Assembly (NCBI GenBank): GCA_913053655.1
Contig: CAJXFW010000001.1
Location: 1-52,923 of the forward strand
Length of the DNA: 52,923 nt
Source: an uncultured Thiogranum sp.
Lineage (GTDB): Bacteria > Pseudomonadota > Gammaproteobacteria > DSM-19610
Reading direction: 5' to 3'
The position numbers and the translations under genes were made by a program. Positions 1-10,700 of this stretch are shown piece by piece. Numbering within the stretch: the first letter of the stretch is position 1; each line of letters begins with the position of its first letter. Below the pieces are notes generated by a model that worked only from the letters and a program-made list of their open reading frames with translations, made no database searches and was not told where the DNA came from.

Positions 1-83
1 TCGGCGCGATAGGTTGGGTTACCGACAATCGCGCCGAAGGACGGCGCTCCTACAGAATCAGATGAACGTCGTTATTGGGTCGA
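1..83. repeat. GTAG-family REP doublet with outer arm (cut by window edge)
   Basis: ...TCGCGCCGAAGGACGGCGCTCCTAC ends at 53, as in the copy at 34202-34270; nt 60-83 are the exact reverse complement of 34172-34195. Confidence 0.85.
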
Positions 84-143
84 TTCGAGACTCTCGCGGT
101 CAAGCACTGCCGTTTTACCGAACTTCACACACTTCAGACCGAG

Positions 144-2051
144 CTACTGATTCAGCTCAGCCTGCATAACCTCCAGCTGCTCGCATACCTCCAGCCAGTT
201 GGTTTCCATAACTTCACTACGGCTGTCCACTTCCGCTTTTTCGAACAATATCGTTTTCAACCGGGCCCTGTTTTCTTCAGTGTAAAGTTCCGGATTAACC
301 AGCTCGTGCTCCAGCTCGCGTTGCAGCGTATGCAGGCGATCGAGTTCAGTTTCTGTCTCGGTTACTTTTTTTCGCAGCGGTTGCAATCGTTTGCGCTGCT
401 CCGCCTGTAAACGCTTCGTTTCCTTTCTGGACGCTACGCCTTGATTCGATTGTCCTTCCCCCGGTGTTTCTTTGTCCTGCCTGCCCTGCTCCATCAACCA
501 CTGCGGATACTCGTCAAGGCTAAGCGGAAAATCATCTACCTTGCCATCGTGCACCAGCACCAGTCGGTCGCAGGTAACACGTAACAGGTGGCGGTCGTGC
601 GAGACCAGCACTACGGCGCCAGTGTAATCCTGCAAGGCCAGCGCCAACGCCTGGCGCATCTCCAGATCAAGATGATTAGTGGGTTCATCCAGCAATAATA
701 GATTGGGGCGTTGATAGACAATCAGCGCGAGCACAAGTCGGGCTTTTTCACCACCCGAAAATGGACCAACAGGCATCAGTGTCTGATCATTTGAAAAACC
801 GAACCCGCCAAGGTAGTCGCGCAGTTCCTGTTCACGTGCTCGCGGATCGAGCTGTTGCAGGTGTTCCAGTGGTGTGTGTTGTACCTGTAGTTGCTCCAGC
901 TGGTGCTGGGCGAAATAGCCTGTCTTCAGATCTTTCGCGCAGACACATTCACCCTGCATCGGTGACAGTGTCCCGGCCAGCAGCTTGATGAGTGTGGATT
1001 TACCCGCACCGTTGGGGCCCAGCAAGCCGATTCGGTCTCCGGGCGAGAGTAGCAGTCGAACCTGGCTGAGCAGAGTGTTGTCATTATAGCCGGCTGCAAC
1101 CTGATCCAGGTTCAGCAAGGGATCAGGCATTTTCTCCGCATCACGAAATGAAAAATGAAACGGCGAGTCCACGTGCGCCGGGGCAATCTGCTCCATGCGT
1201 TGCAAGGCCTTCAGACGACTCTGCGCCTGCCTTGCCTTGGTCGCCTTGGCACGAAAGCGGTCGACGTAGGCGCGGATATGAGCAATCTCGCGCTGTTGTT
1301 TCTGATACTCGGCCTGCTGACCGGCCAGACGCTCGGCGCGCATCCGTTCGAAGGCCGTATAGTTGCCGGTGTACAAGGTGATGCGCTGGTGCTCAAGGTG
1401 CGCTATATGGCTGCATACCTTGTCCAGAAAATCGCGGTCATGTGATATCAGTAACAGGGTACCCCGATAGGCGCGCAACCAGCTCTCCAGCCAGATGACG
1501 GCATCCAGATCAAGATGGTTGGTAGGCTCATCCAGCAACAAGAGGTCAGAACGACACATCAGCGCCCGGCCGAGATTGAGACGCATACGCCAGCCACCGG
1601 AAAAATCGCTTACCGGCCTGGACTCATCGGCTGTTTTGAAACCCAAGCCGTGCAACAACTGGCCGGCACGGCTGCGTGCCGTGTAGCCGCCAATACTTTC
1701 GAACTCGCCGTGCAATACTGCCAGACGAGCACCGTCGTTGTTCCGCTCGGCCAGCGCCAGCTCAACCTCGACGGCGCGCAGTTCGGCATCACCGTCCAGC
1801 ACATACTCGATAGCCGCACGTTTATCAGCCGGCATTTCCTGCGCCACATGGGCGATCACCCAGTCTCCGGGGCGGTGAAAGTCGCCCGAATCTGTGTGCA
1901 GCTCGCCGAGCAGCAAGGCAAACAGGCTGGACTTGCCACAGCCGTTGGCGCCCGTGACGCCGACCTTCCAGCCTGGATGAACAACCAGACTGGCCTGCTC
2001 GAACAACAGGCGTGTACCGCGTCTGAGAGAAAGCTCGTTAAACCGCAACAT
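144..2051 (-). CDS. yheS: ABC-F family ATPase (YheS-like)
   Basis: Two ABC cassettes (GANGCGKS, FSGGWRMR, LLLDEPTNHLD; GPNGAGKS, FSGGEKAR), no TM segments, C-terminal coiled coil. Confidence 0.9.
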   Translation of the reverse strand: MLRFNELSLRRGTRLLFEQASLVVHPGWKVGVTGANGCGKSSLFALLLGELHTDSGDFHRPGDWVIAHVAQEMPADKRAAIEYVLDGDAELRAVEVELALAERNNDGARLAVLHGEFESIGGYTARSRAGQLLHGLGFKTADESRPVSDFSGGWRMRLNLGRALMCRSDLLLLDEPTNHLDLDAVIWLESWLRAYRGTLLLISHDRDFLDKVCSHIAHLEHQRITLYTGNYTAFERMRAERLAGQQAEYQKQQREIAHIRAYVDRFRAKATKARQAQSRLKALQRMEQIAPAHVDSPFHFSFRDAEKMPDPLLNLDQVAAGYNDNTLLSQVRLLLSPGDRIGLLGPNGAGKSTLIKLLAGTLSPMQGECVCAKDLKTGYFAQHQLEQLQVQHTPLEHLQQLDPRAREQELRDYLGGFGFSNDQTLMPVGPFSGGEKARLVLALIVYQRPNLLLLDEPTNHLDLEMRQALALALQDYTGAVVLVSHDRHLLRVTCDRLVLVHDGKVDDFPLSLDEYPQWLMEQGRQDKETPGEGQSNQGVASRKETKRLQAEQRKRLQPLRKKVTETETELDRLHTLQRELEHELVNPELYTEENRARLKTILFEKAEVDSRSEVMETNWLEVCEQLEVMQAELNQ

Positions 2052-2156
2052 GGGTGCGATTGTATCCTGTTGCGCGCTCTATGCGTTACAACTGGAGAAT
2101 AGCGGCGTGGCGGGATAGACTAGCCAGGCGCTAGCTACCGCAGCAGGACAAATATT

Positions 2157-2813
2157 TTGAACCCGTACACGCCGCCCGCAGACACCGGACTGGACCTTCT
2201 GTACCAGGACGACGTGTTGCTGGTCGTGAACAAGCCCTGTGGCCTGCTGTCAGTACCCGGCCGCGGGAGGGACAAGCAGGACTGCATGAGCTCGCGCGTG
2301 CAGGCGACACATCCAGAGGCAACTACTGTACATCGCCTGGATATGGATACGTCCGGTATTATGATTATGGCGCTGGATAAAACAACGCAGCGCAAACTCA
2401 GCCTGCTGTTTCAGGAACGCAAGGTACAGAAACGCTATATCGCTGTTGTTAATGGCTGTATGAAGTCTTCCCGTGGCGAAATCGATCTGCCGCTGATAGC
2501 CGACTGGCCCAACCGGCCGCGGCAGAAAGTCGACCGGGAAAACGGCAAACCCTCCACAACAGTTTTCAGGGTCGTCGGGTGTGACAGCGAAAACCGCTCG
2601 ACGCGCGTCGAACTAAAACCCTTGACGGGCCGTACCCACCAGCTGCGTGTTCATCTTCACTCACTGGGGCACAGCATACTCGGTGACAGGCTTTACGCTG
2701 ATGAGAATAAAGACGTGGCTGCTGACCGACTTATGCTGCACGCGGAATCGCTGTCCTTTCGTCACCCATACTCGAATGAGTTCGTGAATTTTGAATCTGC
2801 ATCACCTTTTTAG
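2157..2813 (+). CDS. rluA: RluA-family pseudouridine synthase
   Basis: NKPCGLLSVPG, catalytic HRLDMDTSG, TGRTHQLRVH, GDRLY; TTG start. Confidence 0.92.
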   Translation: MNPYTPPADTGLDLLYQDDVLLVVNKPCGLLSVPGRGRDKQDCMSSRVQATHPEATTVHRLDMDTSGIMIMALDKTTQRKLSLLFQERKVQKRYIAVVNGCMKSSRGEIDLPLIADWPNRPRQKVDRENGKPSTTVFRVVGCDSENRSTRVELKPLTGRTHQLRVHLHSLGHSILGDRLYADENKDVAADRLMLHAESLSFRHPYSNEFVNFESASPF

Positions 2814-2829
2814 GATGGAACTGAAATAA

Positions 2830-3537
2830 ATGTTACTGGAAGACTATTACTCGGAAAGTGATTCAAAAATCACCTTCTCGCGCCGGCAGGCCAGCGACTT
2901 CGCGAAAAACATCGCCGGCGATTTCAACCCCATCCACGATACAGATGCCAAACGCTTCTGTGTACCGGGAGACCTGTTGTTTTCCCTGGTGCTGGCGAAG
3001 TGTGGCCTGAGTCAAAGAATGCGGTTTGTGTTTTCCGGCATGGTCAATGATGGAGTAGCGCTGGATTTCCCGAACACGACTTCCACCTCACTTGATATCG
3101 TCGACGGCAACGGGAAGAAGTATCTCAGTCTGGAGCGCTCGGGCAATACCACGCAGGACCAGAACCTGATTCGCAACCTGACGTACAGTTGTGTCCGGTT
3201 TTCCGGACAGACCTTTCCGCACGTTCTTGTTCCCCTGATGTCTGAGCAGCAGGTGATGATCAACCCTGACCGCCCATTGGTCATTTATCAAAGCATGGCC
3301 ATTGATCTGGACCGGCTGGATTTTGAAAACCCGCAACTCGAGCTAGCCCACCCGGTTTTTGAATTTGACGGCAAGCGCGGCAATGCACACCTGAAATTCT
3401 GCCTCAAGGCCGACGGCGAAACCGTTGGTACGGGTGAAAAAAACATGCTGATAAGTGGACTGATCGCCTACGACAAGGGCAAAGTGCAAACCATGGTCGA
3501 CAACTACGTCACCCGCAAACAACGCCTGGCGAGCTGA
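2830..3537 (+). CDS. DUF3581-family protein
   Basis: FAKNIAGDFNPIHDTDAKRFCVPGDLLF and MINPDRPLVIY match the family as I recall it. Confidence 0.75.
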   Translation: MLLEDYYSESDSKITFSRRQASDFAKNIAGDFNPIHDTDAKRFCVPGDLLFSLVLAKCGLSQRMRFVFSGMVNDGVALDFPNTTSTSLDIVDGNGKKYLSLERSGNTTQDQNLIRNLTYSCVRFSGQTFPHVLVPLMSEQQVMINPDRPLVIYQSMAIDLDRLDFENPQLELAHPVFEFDGKRGNAHLKFCLKADGETVGTGEKNMLISGLIAYDKGKVQTMVDNYVTRKQRLAS

Positions 3538-3551
3538 TCCCCGGCCCTGAC

Positions 3552-4721
3552 GTGTACTGGTTTTCGCGCAAAAAGAAAAACGAACCCTCTGTTGCCGGCC
3601 TTATTCTCCCGGGCGGAGGCGCGCGCAACGCCTATCAGGCAGGCGTACTCAGGGCAATCACCGAAATATTACCGGCGGATGCCAAAAACCCGTTCCCGGT
3701 TATCTGTGGAACCTCTTCCGGCGCACTCAATGCGGCAGTGCTGGCCAGCCATGCCATGCAGTTTTCCGAAGGCGTCTCACAACTGACCGGCATCTGGGAA
3801 AATTTCAGCTGCGACAAGGTCTTTTATTCGGATGCCTGGACCGCACTGAAAAGCGGGCTGCGCTGGGGTACTGCTTTTGCCACCGCAAGCCTGGGCCGTT
3901 CGGCACCGCGTGCACTGCTCGACAATACCCCGCTACGTGGATTTATCGAAAGTCACATTCGACTCGCGCGTATCCAGCAGGCTATCGATAGCGGTGCGCT
4001 TCGCGCCCTGGCTGTCACCGCCTCAACTTATAGCAGTGGGCACTCCATATGTTACTTTCAGGGCACGGACGGGTTACAGCCCTGGCAGCGCACGCGCCGC
4101 CTGGGAGTTGCTGCAGAGATCAGTATCGACCATCTCATGGCATCCTCCGCCATCCCGCTGGTATTCCCGGCGGTCTGGCTGAACAATGAATACCACGGCG
4201 ATGGCTCCATGCGTGAAAGCGCTCCCCTGAGTCCGGCACTGCACCTGGGTGCTAACCGGCTACTGATCATCGGAGTCCGCGACACAACACCGGATGATCC
4301 ACCCGCAGCCGGTGAAAACGTTCCCTATCCGACCATCGGACAGATCACCGGCTATATGCTTGACTCGCTGTTCATGGACAGCCTGGATTCCGATATTGAG
4401 CGCATGAACCGCATTAATAGCACGATCAGTGAAACGCCTGACAAACGCGTTGAATTCAAAGACACCACCCTGCGACCGATAGAGTTCCTCACCATCTCGC
4501 CCAGCAAGGACGTACGCGAAATCGCCCAGCGTCACGCCACCGCTTTCCCCCGCTCGGTTCGACTTTTGCTCAGAACACTGGGGGCTCTGACGCAGGAAGG
4601 CCGGCCGCTGGTAAGTTACCTGCTGTTTGAATCGGGCTTCTGCCGAGAACTGATGGAACTGGGTTATCTGGACGGTCTGGCCGCGGAGGCCGAGATCAGG
4701 GAACTTCTGCTGAGCGAATAA
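3552..4721 (+). CDS. Patatin-like phospholipase
   Basis: GGGARNAYQAG oxyanion loop, GTSSG nucleophile, ASSAIP, DGS catalytic Asp. Confidence 0.9.
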   Translation: MYWFSRKKKNEPSVAGLILPGGGARNAYQAGVLRAITEILPADAKNPFPVICGTSSGALNAAVLASHAMQFSEGVSQLTGIWENFSCDKVFYSDAWTALKSGLRWGTAFATASLGRSAPRALLDNTPLRGFIESHIRLARIQQAIDSGALRALAVTASTYSSGHSICYFQGTDGLQPWQRTRRLGVAAEISIDHLMASSAIPLVFPAVWLNNEYHGDGSMRESAPLSPALHLGANRLLIIGVRDTTPDDPPAAGENVPYPTIGQITGYMLDSLFMDSLDSDIERMNRINSTISETPDKRVEFKDTTLRPIEFLTISPSKDVREIAQRHATAFPRSVRLLLRTLGALTQEGRPLVSYLLFESGFCRELMELGYLDGLAAEAEIRELLLSE

Positions 4722-4795
4722 CCCCGGTCATTCCCCTGGAAATTCTTCGCTACTGTATTTAATGCTAAGCTACGCTTTCTAATCGTCCGACCGTT

Positions 4796-5218
4796 TTGAT
4801 CACTATGAGAATCTTCTTCAAGTACTTTTTTAAACTCGTACAGACTATTGTTGGTCCTGTTCTTCTGCTATGGGACTGGCTGACCAGCCCAAAAGGTATT
4901 CAGCGACCTCCGCACGAGCAGCAGGATATCGACGAGAAAACCAGATATCTGACCCTGTATCAGTTCAGAAGCTGCCCATTCTGCATTCGCGTTCGACGTA
5001 CCACTAAAAAGCACTCGCTCAACATCGAGACCCGCGACGCACTCAGGGATGCCGCAAGCCGCAAACAGCTGCTGGAAGGTGGCGGAGAAATAAAGGTACC
5101 GTGCCTCAAAATTATGGATGCGCAGGGCAACGCTACATGGATGTATGAATCCAGAACAATCATTCAATACCTTGAGGAATGTGTTATTTCTTTATCTCCA
5201 GACACTCGGCCAGTATAG
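4796..5218 (+). CDS. Membrane-anchored glutaredoxin/GST-N-like protein (ATG at 4806 also possible)
   Basis: LYQFRSCPFC, GGGEIKVPCL, WMYES. Confidence 0.85.
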   Translation: MITMRIFFKYFFKLVQTIVGPVLLLWDWLTSPKGIQRPPHEQQDIDEKTRYLTLYQFRSCPFCIRVRRTTKKHSLNIETRDALRDAASRKQLLEGGGEIKVPCLKIMDAQGNATWMYESRTIIQYLEECVISLSPDTRPV

Positions 5219-5762
5219 CCTGCATGTACCCGCTGCCCAGTTTCTCCAGGGTGCGAATATTCCGTTCCGGTATTTGCTCTGGTGCCGCGACGCTCTCCAG
5301 CGCATGTTCAATGCTCGCTTCGCGCAGGATATGCAATGCCGGATAAGGGGAGCGATTGGTATAGTTACCGGCATCGTCTGCTGCTGTATCGGCAAAGCGA
5401 TAATCGGGATGGAAGCTGGCGACCTGGAATTCACCCGTGTAGCCACCTTGATCCAGGAGCTTTTCCACAACACCCAGAAAATCGTTGTAGTCGATAAAAT
5501 CATGCAGAACATCTGGATGGATAAGCAATGTTGTTTCAGCTTTCGAGGCATCCATTTCATGCAATGATTTCAGCTCCCTCTCCAGATCGGCCAGTAACAA
5601 CGCCGGCTCACTGGCATCGCTCACCACAAAGCGCACCCGGTCATCCTCGTAGGGCCGACGGGCGAAAGGACACAGGTTGAGCTCGATGACTACCCGTTCA
5701 ATCCAGCACCTGAAACGCGCAATTACGCTTTCGGCAACGTTTACCTGATCACGCGGTAACAG
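5184..5762 (-). CDS. DUF1415-family protein (start uncertain, probably CTG at 5762)
   Basis: QVASFHPDYRF and NYTNRSPYPALHILRE; the conserved N-terminus WIERVVIELNLCPFARR is in frame upstream of the ORF-track GTG at 5636. Confidence 0.85.
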   Translation of the reverse strand: MLPRDQVNVAESVIARFRCWIERVVIELNLCPFARRPYEDDRVRFVVSDASEPALLLADLERELKSLHEMDASKAETTLLIHPDVLHDFIDYNDFLGVVEKLLDQGGYTGEFQVASFHPDYRFADTAADDAGNYTNRSPYPALHILREASIEHALESVAAPEQIPERNIRTLEKLGSGYMQAILAECLEIKK

Positions 5763-7111
5763 GGAACATACTCCTTGCCGGGCAATTTCATGCGGTGCTG
5801 ATCGACAAAAGAACTTAACAGTGCATCCATCGGATCCATAATGTTGGCGTCACCGTGAATTTCGAAGTGTCCGTGCTGCTCGATGGCACGTATGCCTTCA
5901 TCCTTGACGTTTCCGGCCACCACGCCGGAGAAAGCGCGGCGCAAATTAGCCGCCAGCGCGTGACGTTCCTGGTCCTTGCTCAATACCAGGCTGCGCATGT
6001 TCTCGTGTGTGGGAATGAATGGACGCTGGAACTCTTCATCTATTTTCAGCATCCAGTTGAAGTAGTACGCATCACCGTGCGCCTTGCGGAAATCCCGCAC
6101 CTGCCGGATGCCCGCATGCATTTCACGGGCAACGCGTTGCGGATCATTTACGATAATCCGGTAACGTTGCTGTGCTTCGAAACCCAGCGTATCGGTAATA
6201 AACCGGTCGATATTTTTAAAGTATTCTTTAGCACTTTCAGGACCGGTAAAGATCAACGGGAAAGGAATAGACGCGTTATCCGGATGCAGCAGTATACCCA
6301 GCAGATAGAGGATTTCTTCCGTGGTTCCGGCACCACCGGGGAAAACAACAATGCCATGCCCGGTGCGCACAAAGGCTTCCAGTCGTTTTTCGATATCCGG
6401 CATGATGACCAGATCGTTCACAATCGGGTTGGGGGACTCGGCTGCGATAATACCCGGCTCGGTAATACCGAGGTACTGGCCGTCATTTATACGCTGCTTG
6501 GCGTGACCTATGGTTGCACCCTTCATCGGTCCCTTCATGGCGCCTGGACCGCAGCCGGTGCAAATGTCGAGGCCTCGCAACCCCATCTGGTAACCTGCCT
6601 CCTTGGTGTAGTCATACTCCTGGCGCGTAATCGAATGCCCGCCCCAGCACACCACAAGATTCAGATTGCGCATCGGGCGCAGAATCCTGGCATTACGCAA
6701 GATATGGAAAACAGCATTGGTGACACCGTCCGAACTGTCCAGATCAAACTTCGGGTTCCCGTCAATCTCGTCGCTGACATAGACAACGTCGCGTAACACC
6801 GCAAACAGATGTTCGCTGATACCCTTGATCATCACACCGTCGACGAAGGCATGCGCAGGCGCACCTGTGAGCTCCAGTTTGATACCGCGCTCGGTCTGTA
6901 TCACCCGTATCCCGAAAGACCGGTAACGCTCGAGCAGTTCCTTGCCGTCGTCCAGGGCATTGCCGCAATTCAGCACCGCCAGCGAACAACTGCGGAACAG
7001 GTCATACAACCCCCCCTGACTGGTATCGAGGAGCCGGTTGACCTCAACCCTGGACAGAACCTCCAGACGTCCTTCCGGGTTTATCAGGGCGTCAACCACG
7101 TCATATTTCAT
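5741..7111 (-). CDS. ppnN: Nucleotide 5'-monophosphate nucleosidase PpnN (YgdH, LOG family)
   Basis: VVCWGGHSI, CTGCGPGAMKGPMKGA, IEKRLEAFVR, FPGGAGTTEE, HRMKLPG; ATG at 7111 chosen. Confidence 0.95.
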   Translation of the reverse strand: MKYDVVDALINPEGRLEVLSRVEVNRLLDTSQGGLYDLFRSCSLAVLNCGNALDDGKELLERYRSFGIRVIQTERGIKLELTGAPAHAFVDGVMIKGISEHLFAVLRDVVYVSDEIDGNPKFDLDSSDGVTNAVFHILRNARILRPMRNLNLVVCWGGHSITRQEYDYTKEAGYQMGLRGLDICTGCGPGAMKGPMKGATIGHAKQRINDGQYLGITEPGIIAAESPNPIVNDLVIMPDIEKRLEAFVRTGHGIVVFPGGAGTTEEILYLLGILLHPDNASIPFPLIFTGPESAKEYFKNIDRFITDTLGFEAQQRYRIIVNDPQRVAREMHAGIRQVRDFRKAHGDAYYFNWMLKIDEEFQRPFIPTHENMRSLVLSKDQERHALAANLRRAFSGVVAGNVKDEGIRAIEQHGHFEIHGDANIMDPMDALLSSFVDQHRMKLPGKEYVPCYRVIR

Positions 7112-7213
7112 GTAAAGGTTACGCGTAACACATGGCGAAGCTGCCACACAGAGACTTTAGCGGATAAGTGGCGTTCATACGAGTGCTTTCCGGGCGTGCA
7201 TTCCCTGCCTCGA

Positions 7214-7726
7214 TTATCGAAAGTTTTCCGACAATGAAGCCACTGTCATGGCGACGCTGATCAGCAGGGCAATAACAGCGATCACCACCAGGCTTTCAGC
7301 CATGGTAATTCCGAACAGCAATTCCGGTGTATACCCGCAGGCTTCCAGGACCTTGAACACAGCCGGGAACCACTGGTCCAGCGCAAACCAGGCGGGCAAC
7401 CCCGACTCAAAACTGCAACTGCCCTCTACAGTGCCGCGCTCGATGCCGAGCAACATCCACGAGCGCTCCAGCAAACCGGCACTCAATACTATGGTGAGGC
7501 CATGCACCAGCGTACGCAAATACTGATACCTGCGCACGAACAAGCCCAGCAGCGCCACCAGGATAAACCCCAGCACCCAGATGCGAACGTGAATACAGAC
7601 TACACAGGGGTAATAGTCAAGCGCGTACTGGTAATACAGTGCCACAGCTTCCAGTGACAGCGCTGCCACCAGTACTGTCAGCCAGTACCAGGCACTGCCC
7701 CCAATTGCCGCCAGTCTGTTTAACAT
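7214..7726 (-). CDS. dsbB: Disulfide bond formation protein B
   Basis: Four TM helices, PCVVCIHVR, second Cys pair (GSC...EAC). Confidence 0.85.
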   Translation of the reverse strand: MLNRLAAIGGSAWYWLTVLVAALSLEAVALYYQYALDYYPCVVCIHVRIWVLGFILVALLGLFVRRYQYLRTLVHGLTIVLSAGLLERSWMLLGIERGTVEGSCSFESGLPAWFALDQWFPAVFKVLEACGYTPELLFGITMAESLVVIAVIALLISVAMTVASLSENFR

Positions 7727-7738
7727 TCGGGAATTCCT

Positions 7739-10700
7739 TTATTGCGCCTCAGCGATTCGGCTTTCACTCTTGCTGCCTTCATGTTTTCGCGCCAGGACCA
7801 CGTAAACCGCCGGCACCACGAACAGGGTGAACAGTGTACCGATACCAAGACCTGTAGCAATAGTAAGACCGATATGAAAACGACTGACGGCGCCCGGGCC
7901 ACTCGCAGTGAGTAGCGGCACCATGGCGACCACCATCGAAACTGTTGTCATGAGAATCGGCCGCAAACGAATCGCTGCGGCGCGTTCAACTGCGCCACGC
8001 CTGTCCAGCCCTTCGTGAATCTGTAGCCGGTTGGCGAATTCCACGATGAGAATCCCGTTTTTGGCGATCAATCCTATCAGCGTAATCAAACCGACCTGCG
8101 TATAGATATTGATAGTGGCAAAGCCCATGGTGATAAACGCCAGCGCGCCGGCAATGGACATGGGCACCGAAACCAGAATGATCACGGGGTCGCGCCAGCT
8201 TTCAAACTGGGCGGCCAGTACCAGGTAGATCACCAGAATGGACAGGAAAAAGGTGATAATCAGCGCGCTGCCCTGTCGGGCGTACTGCCGCGAACCACCG
8301 GCATAGTCCCAGCCGAATCCGCGCGGGAAAATATCGCGCGCAGTATTCTCCAGGTAGGCCAGTGCATCGCCAAGCGGTACGCGTGGCGCCATCACGCCCA
8401 CTATCGTAAGTGAGTTCAGTTGCTGAAACTGGGTTCGTTGACTGGGTTCAACACTGTCCTGAATATGCACCAGCGAATCAAGCGGCACCAGTGCCGCCGC
8501 ACCGTTGTCACGCACCGCGTCAGTTACCGAAAGCCCGGCCGACAGGTTGACCAGTTCACCCGAGCCGGGACGAATGTAGTAGTCCTTGAGCATGCCCGGT
8601 TGCAGCCGATAGTCGCGTGCCACCTGAGGAATAACTTTGTAACTGCGGCCTTCCAGGCTGAAGCGATTCACGTCGTTACCGCCCAGCAGGGTGGCCAGGT
8701 TACGGCCGATGTCGCGCATGCTGATGCCCAGATCACCGGCACGATCACGATCGATCACCAGGGTACTGCGCGGCCTGCTGTATTGCAGCTCTTTCATCAG
8801 GAACATGAACCGGCCACTGCCCATGCCCTGACCAATCAGCTGGTCGGCGACCTGGTCCAGCTCCCGGTAACCACCTTCACTGGTAATCACAAACTGTACT
8901 GGCAGGCCACCGCCTGAACCGGGCAGACTGGGGCGCGGGAATACGGCAATCTGGAAACCGGCGATTTTCCGTAGCTTGCTCTGTAATTCAGGCTGCACCT
9001 GCATTTGCGAGCGTGCCCGGAACGAAGGTGGCAGCATCTTGAAACCGCCAAAGGTGGTGCTCGGTTCTCCACGCCCGAGCAGAAAGAAACTTTCGTTGTA
9101 CTCGGGGATACTTTCGAAAGCTTCCACGATCTGTCGCGTATAGGCTTCGTTATATTCTATGGTGGCTGTCTGTGGCCCGGTGGCCTGGAAGAACAGGATG
9201 CTCTGGTCTTCCACCGGCGCCAGTTCGCTCTTGCTGGTGACGAACATGAAAAATATCGATGCCAGTACCACAGTTGCAAACAACAGGGTGGCCGGCAAGC
9301 TGTCCAGCATACCGTGTAGCAGGGACTGATAACGATCAGCCAGTCGGCTGAACCAGTGTTCTACCCACTGTTCGAAACGACCCTGCCGGCCGTGTGGCTT
9401 GAGCACCTTCGACGACAGCATCGGTGACAGGGTGAGCGCCACAATACCGGATATCACCACCGCACCAGCCAGGGCAAAGGCAAATTCGGTAAACAATGTG
9501 CCCACCAGTCCACCCATGAAGCCGATAGGTACATACACTGCAACCAGCGTAGTCGTCATGGCAACAATGGGCAGGGCCAGCTCGCGCGCGCCGTTCAGTG
9601 CGGCATCGAGACGCGAGGCACCCTGCTCAACGTGACGATGCACGTTCTCTACGACAATAATAGCGTCATCGACGACCAGACCGATGGCCAGCACCATCGC
9701 CAGCAGTGTCAGCAGATTGATGGAAAACCCCATCAGCAGCATCAGGAAGGCAGCACCTACCAGTGACAGAGGCACCGCCACTGCGGGCACGATAGCAGCA
9801 CGTATGGAACCCAGCGACAGATAGACAACCAACAAAACGATAATCACCGCTTCGGCCAGGGTCACGAATACCTCGTTGATGGAGTCCTCGATAAACACGC
9901 TGGCGTCGTACGGGATATGGACTTCCAGACCCTCGGGCAATTGCTTGCGGATTTCCGGAATGAGGTCGCGTATCTTTTGCGCCACAGTCAGCGGGTTGGC
10001 TCCCGGCGCCTGTTCCATGCCGACAAAAATAGCCGGCTTGCCCTTGTACCAGCTGGTGGAATCATAATCTTCGGCACCCAGCTCGGCGCTGGCGATATCG
10101 GACAACCGCACCAGTGTGCCGTTGGCCGAGCGCACCACCAGCTTGCGGAAATCCTCTTCGCTGGCAAGATCGGTGGTAACCGACAGGTTGATAGCCGTAT
10201 ATTCACCCTTGGTCTGTCCGATGCCGGCCAGATAATTGTTGGCGCGCAACACCTCCTGCACGTTGTTTGCAGTAACACCCAGCGCCGCCATGCGCTGTGG
10301 ATCGAGCCAGATACGCATGGCGAATGTTTTGTTGCCAATCAGCTCGGCCCGTGCAACTCCCGGGACGGCCTGTAACTGCGGCTGCACCACGCGCAGCAGG
10401 TAGTCTGTGATTTGCGAAGGCAACATGCTGTCGCTGTAGAAGGCGAGATACATGAGCGCGGTCGAACTACCGGTAGTCGAGTCGATAACGGGATCGTCGG
10501 ACTGCTCCGGCAGTACATTACGCTGACTGGCTACCTTGGCCTGGATTTCCGCGACCGCGGCGTTGGAGTCATAGTTGAGCTCCATGTGGGCTTCTATCGT
10601 GGAACGACCCTGTACAGAGCGCGAAAAAAGGTAGTCGATGCCGTTTGCTTCGGCGATAGCCTGCTGCAATGGCGTCGTAATAAATCCCTTGACCAGTTCG

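Noticed and set aside
5855-6796. 313-aa plus-strand ORF
   Set aside because: Antisense shadow of ppnN with no recognisable motifs. The same applies to 14460-15473, 26289-27200, 35951-36781 and 42205-43227.
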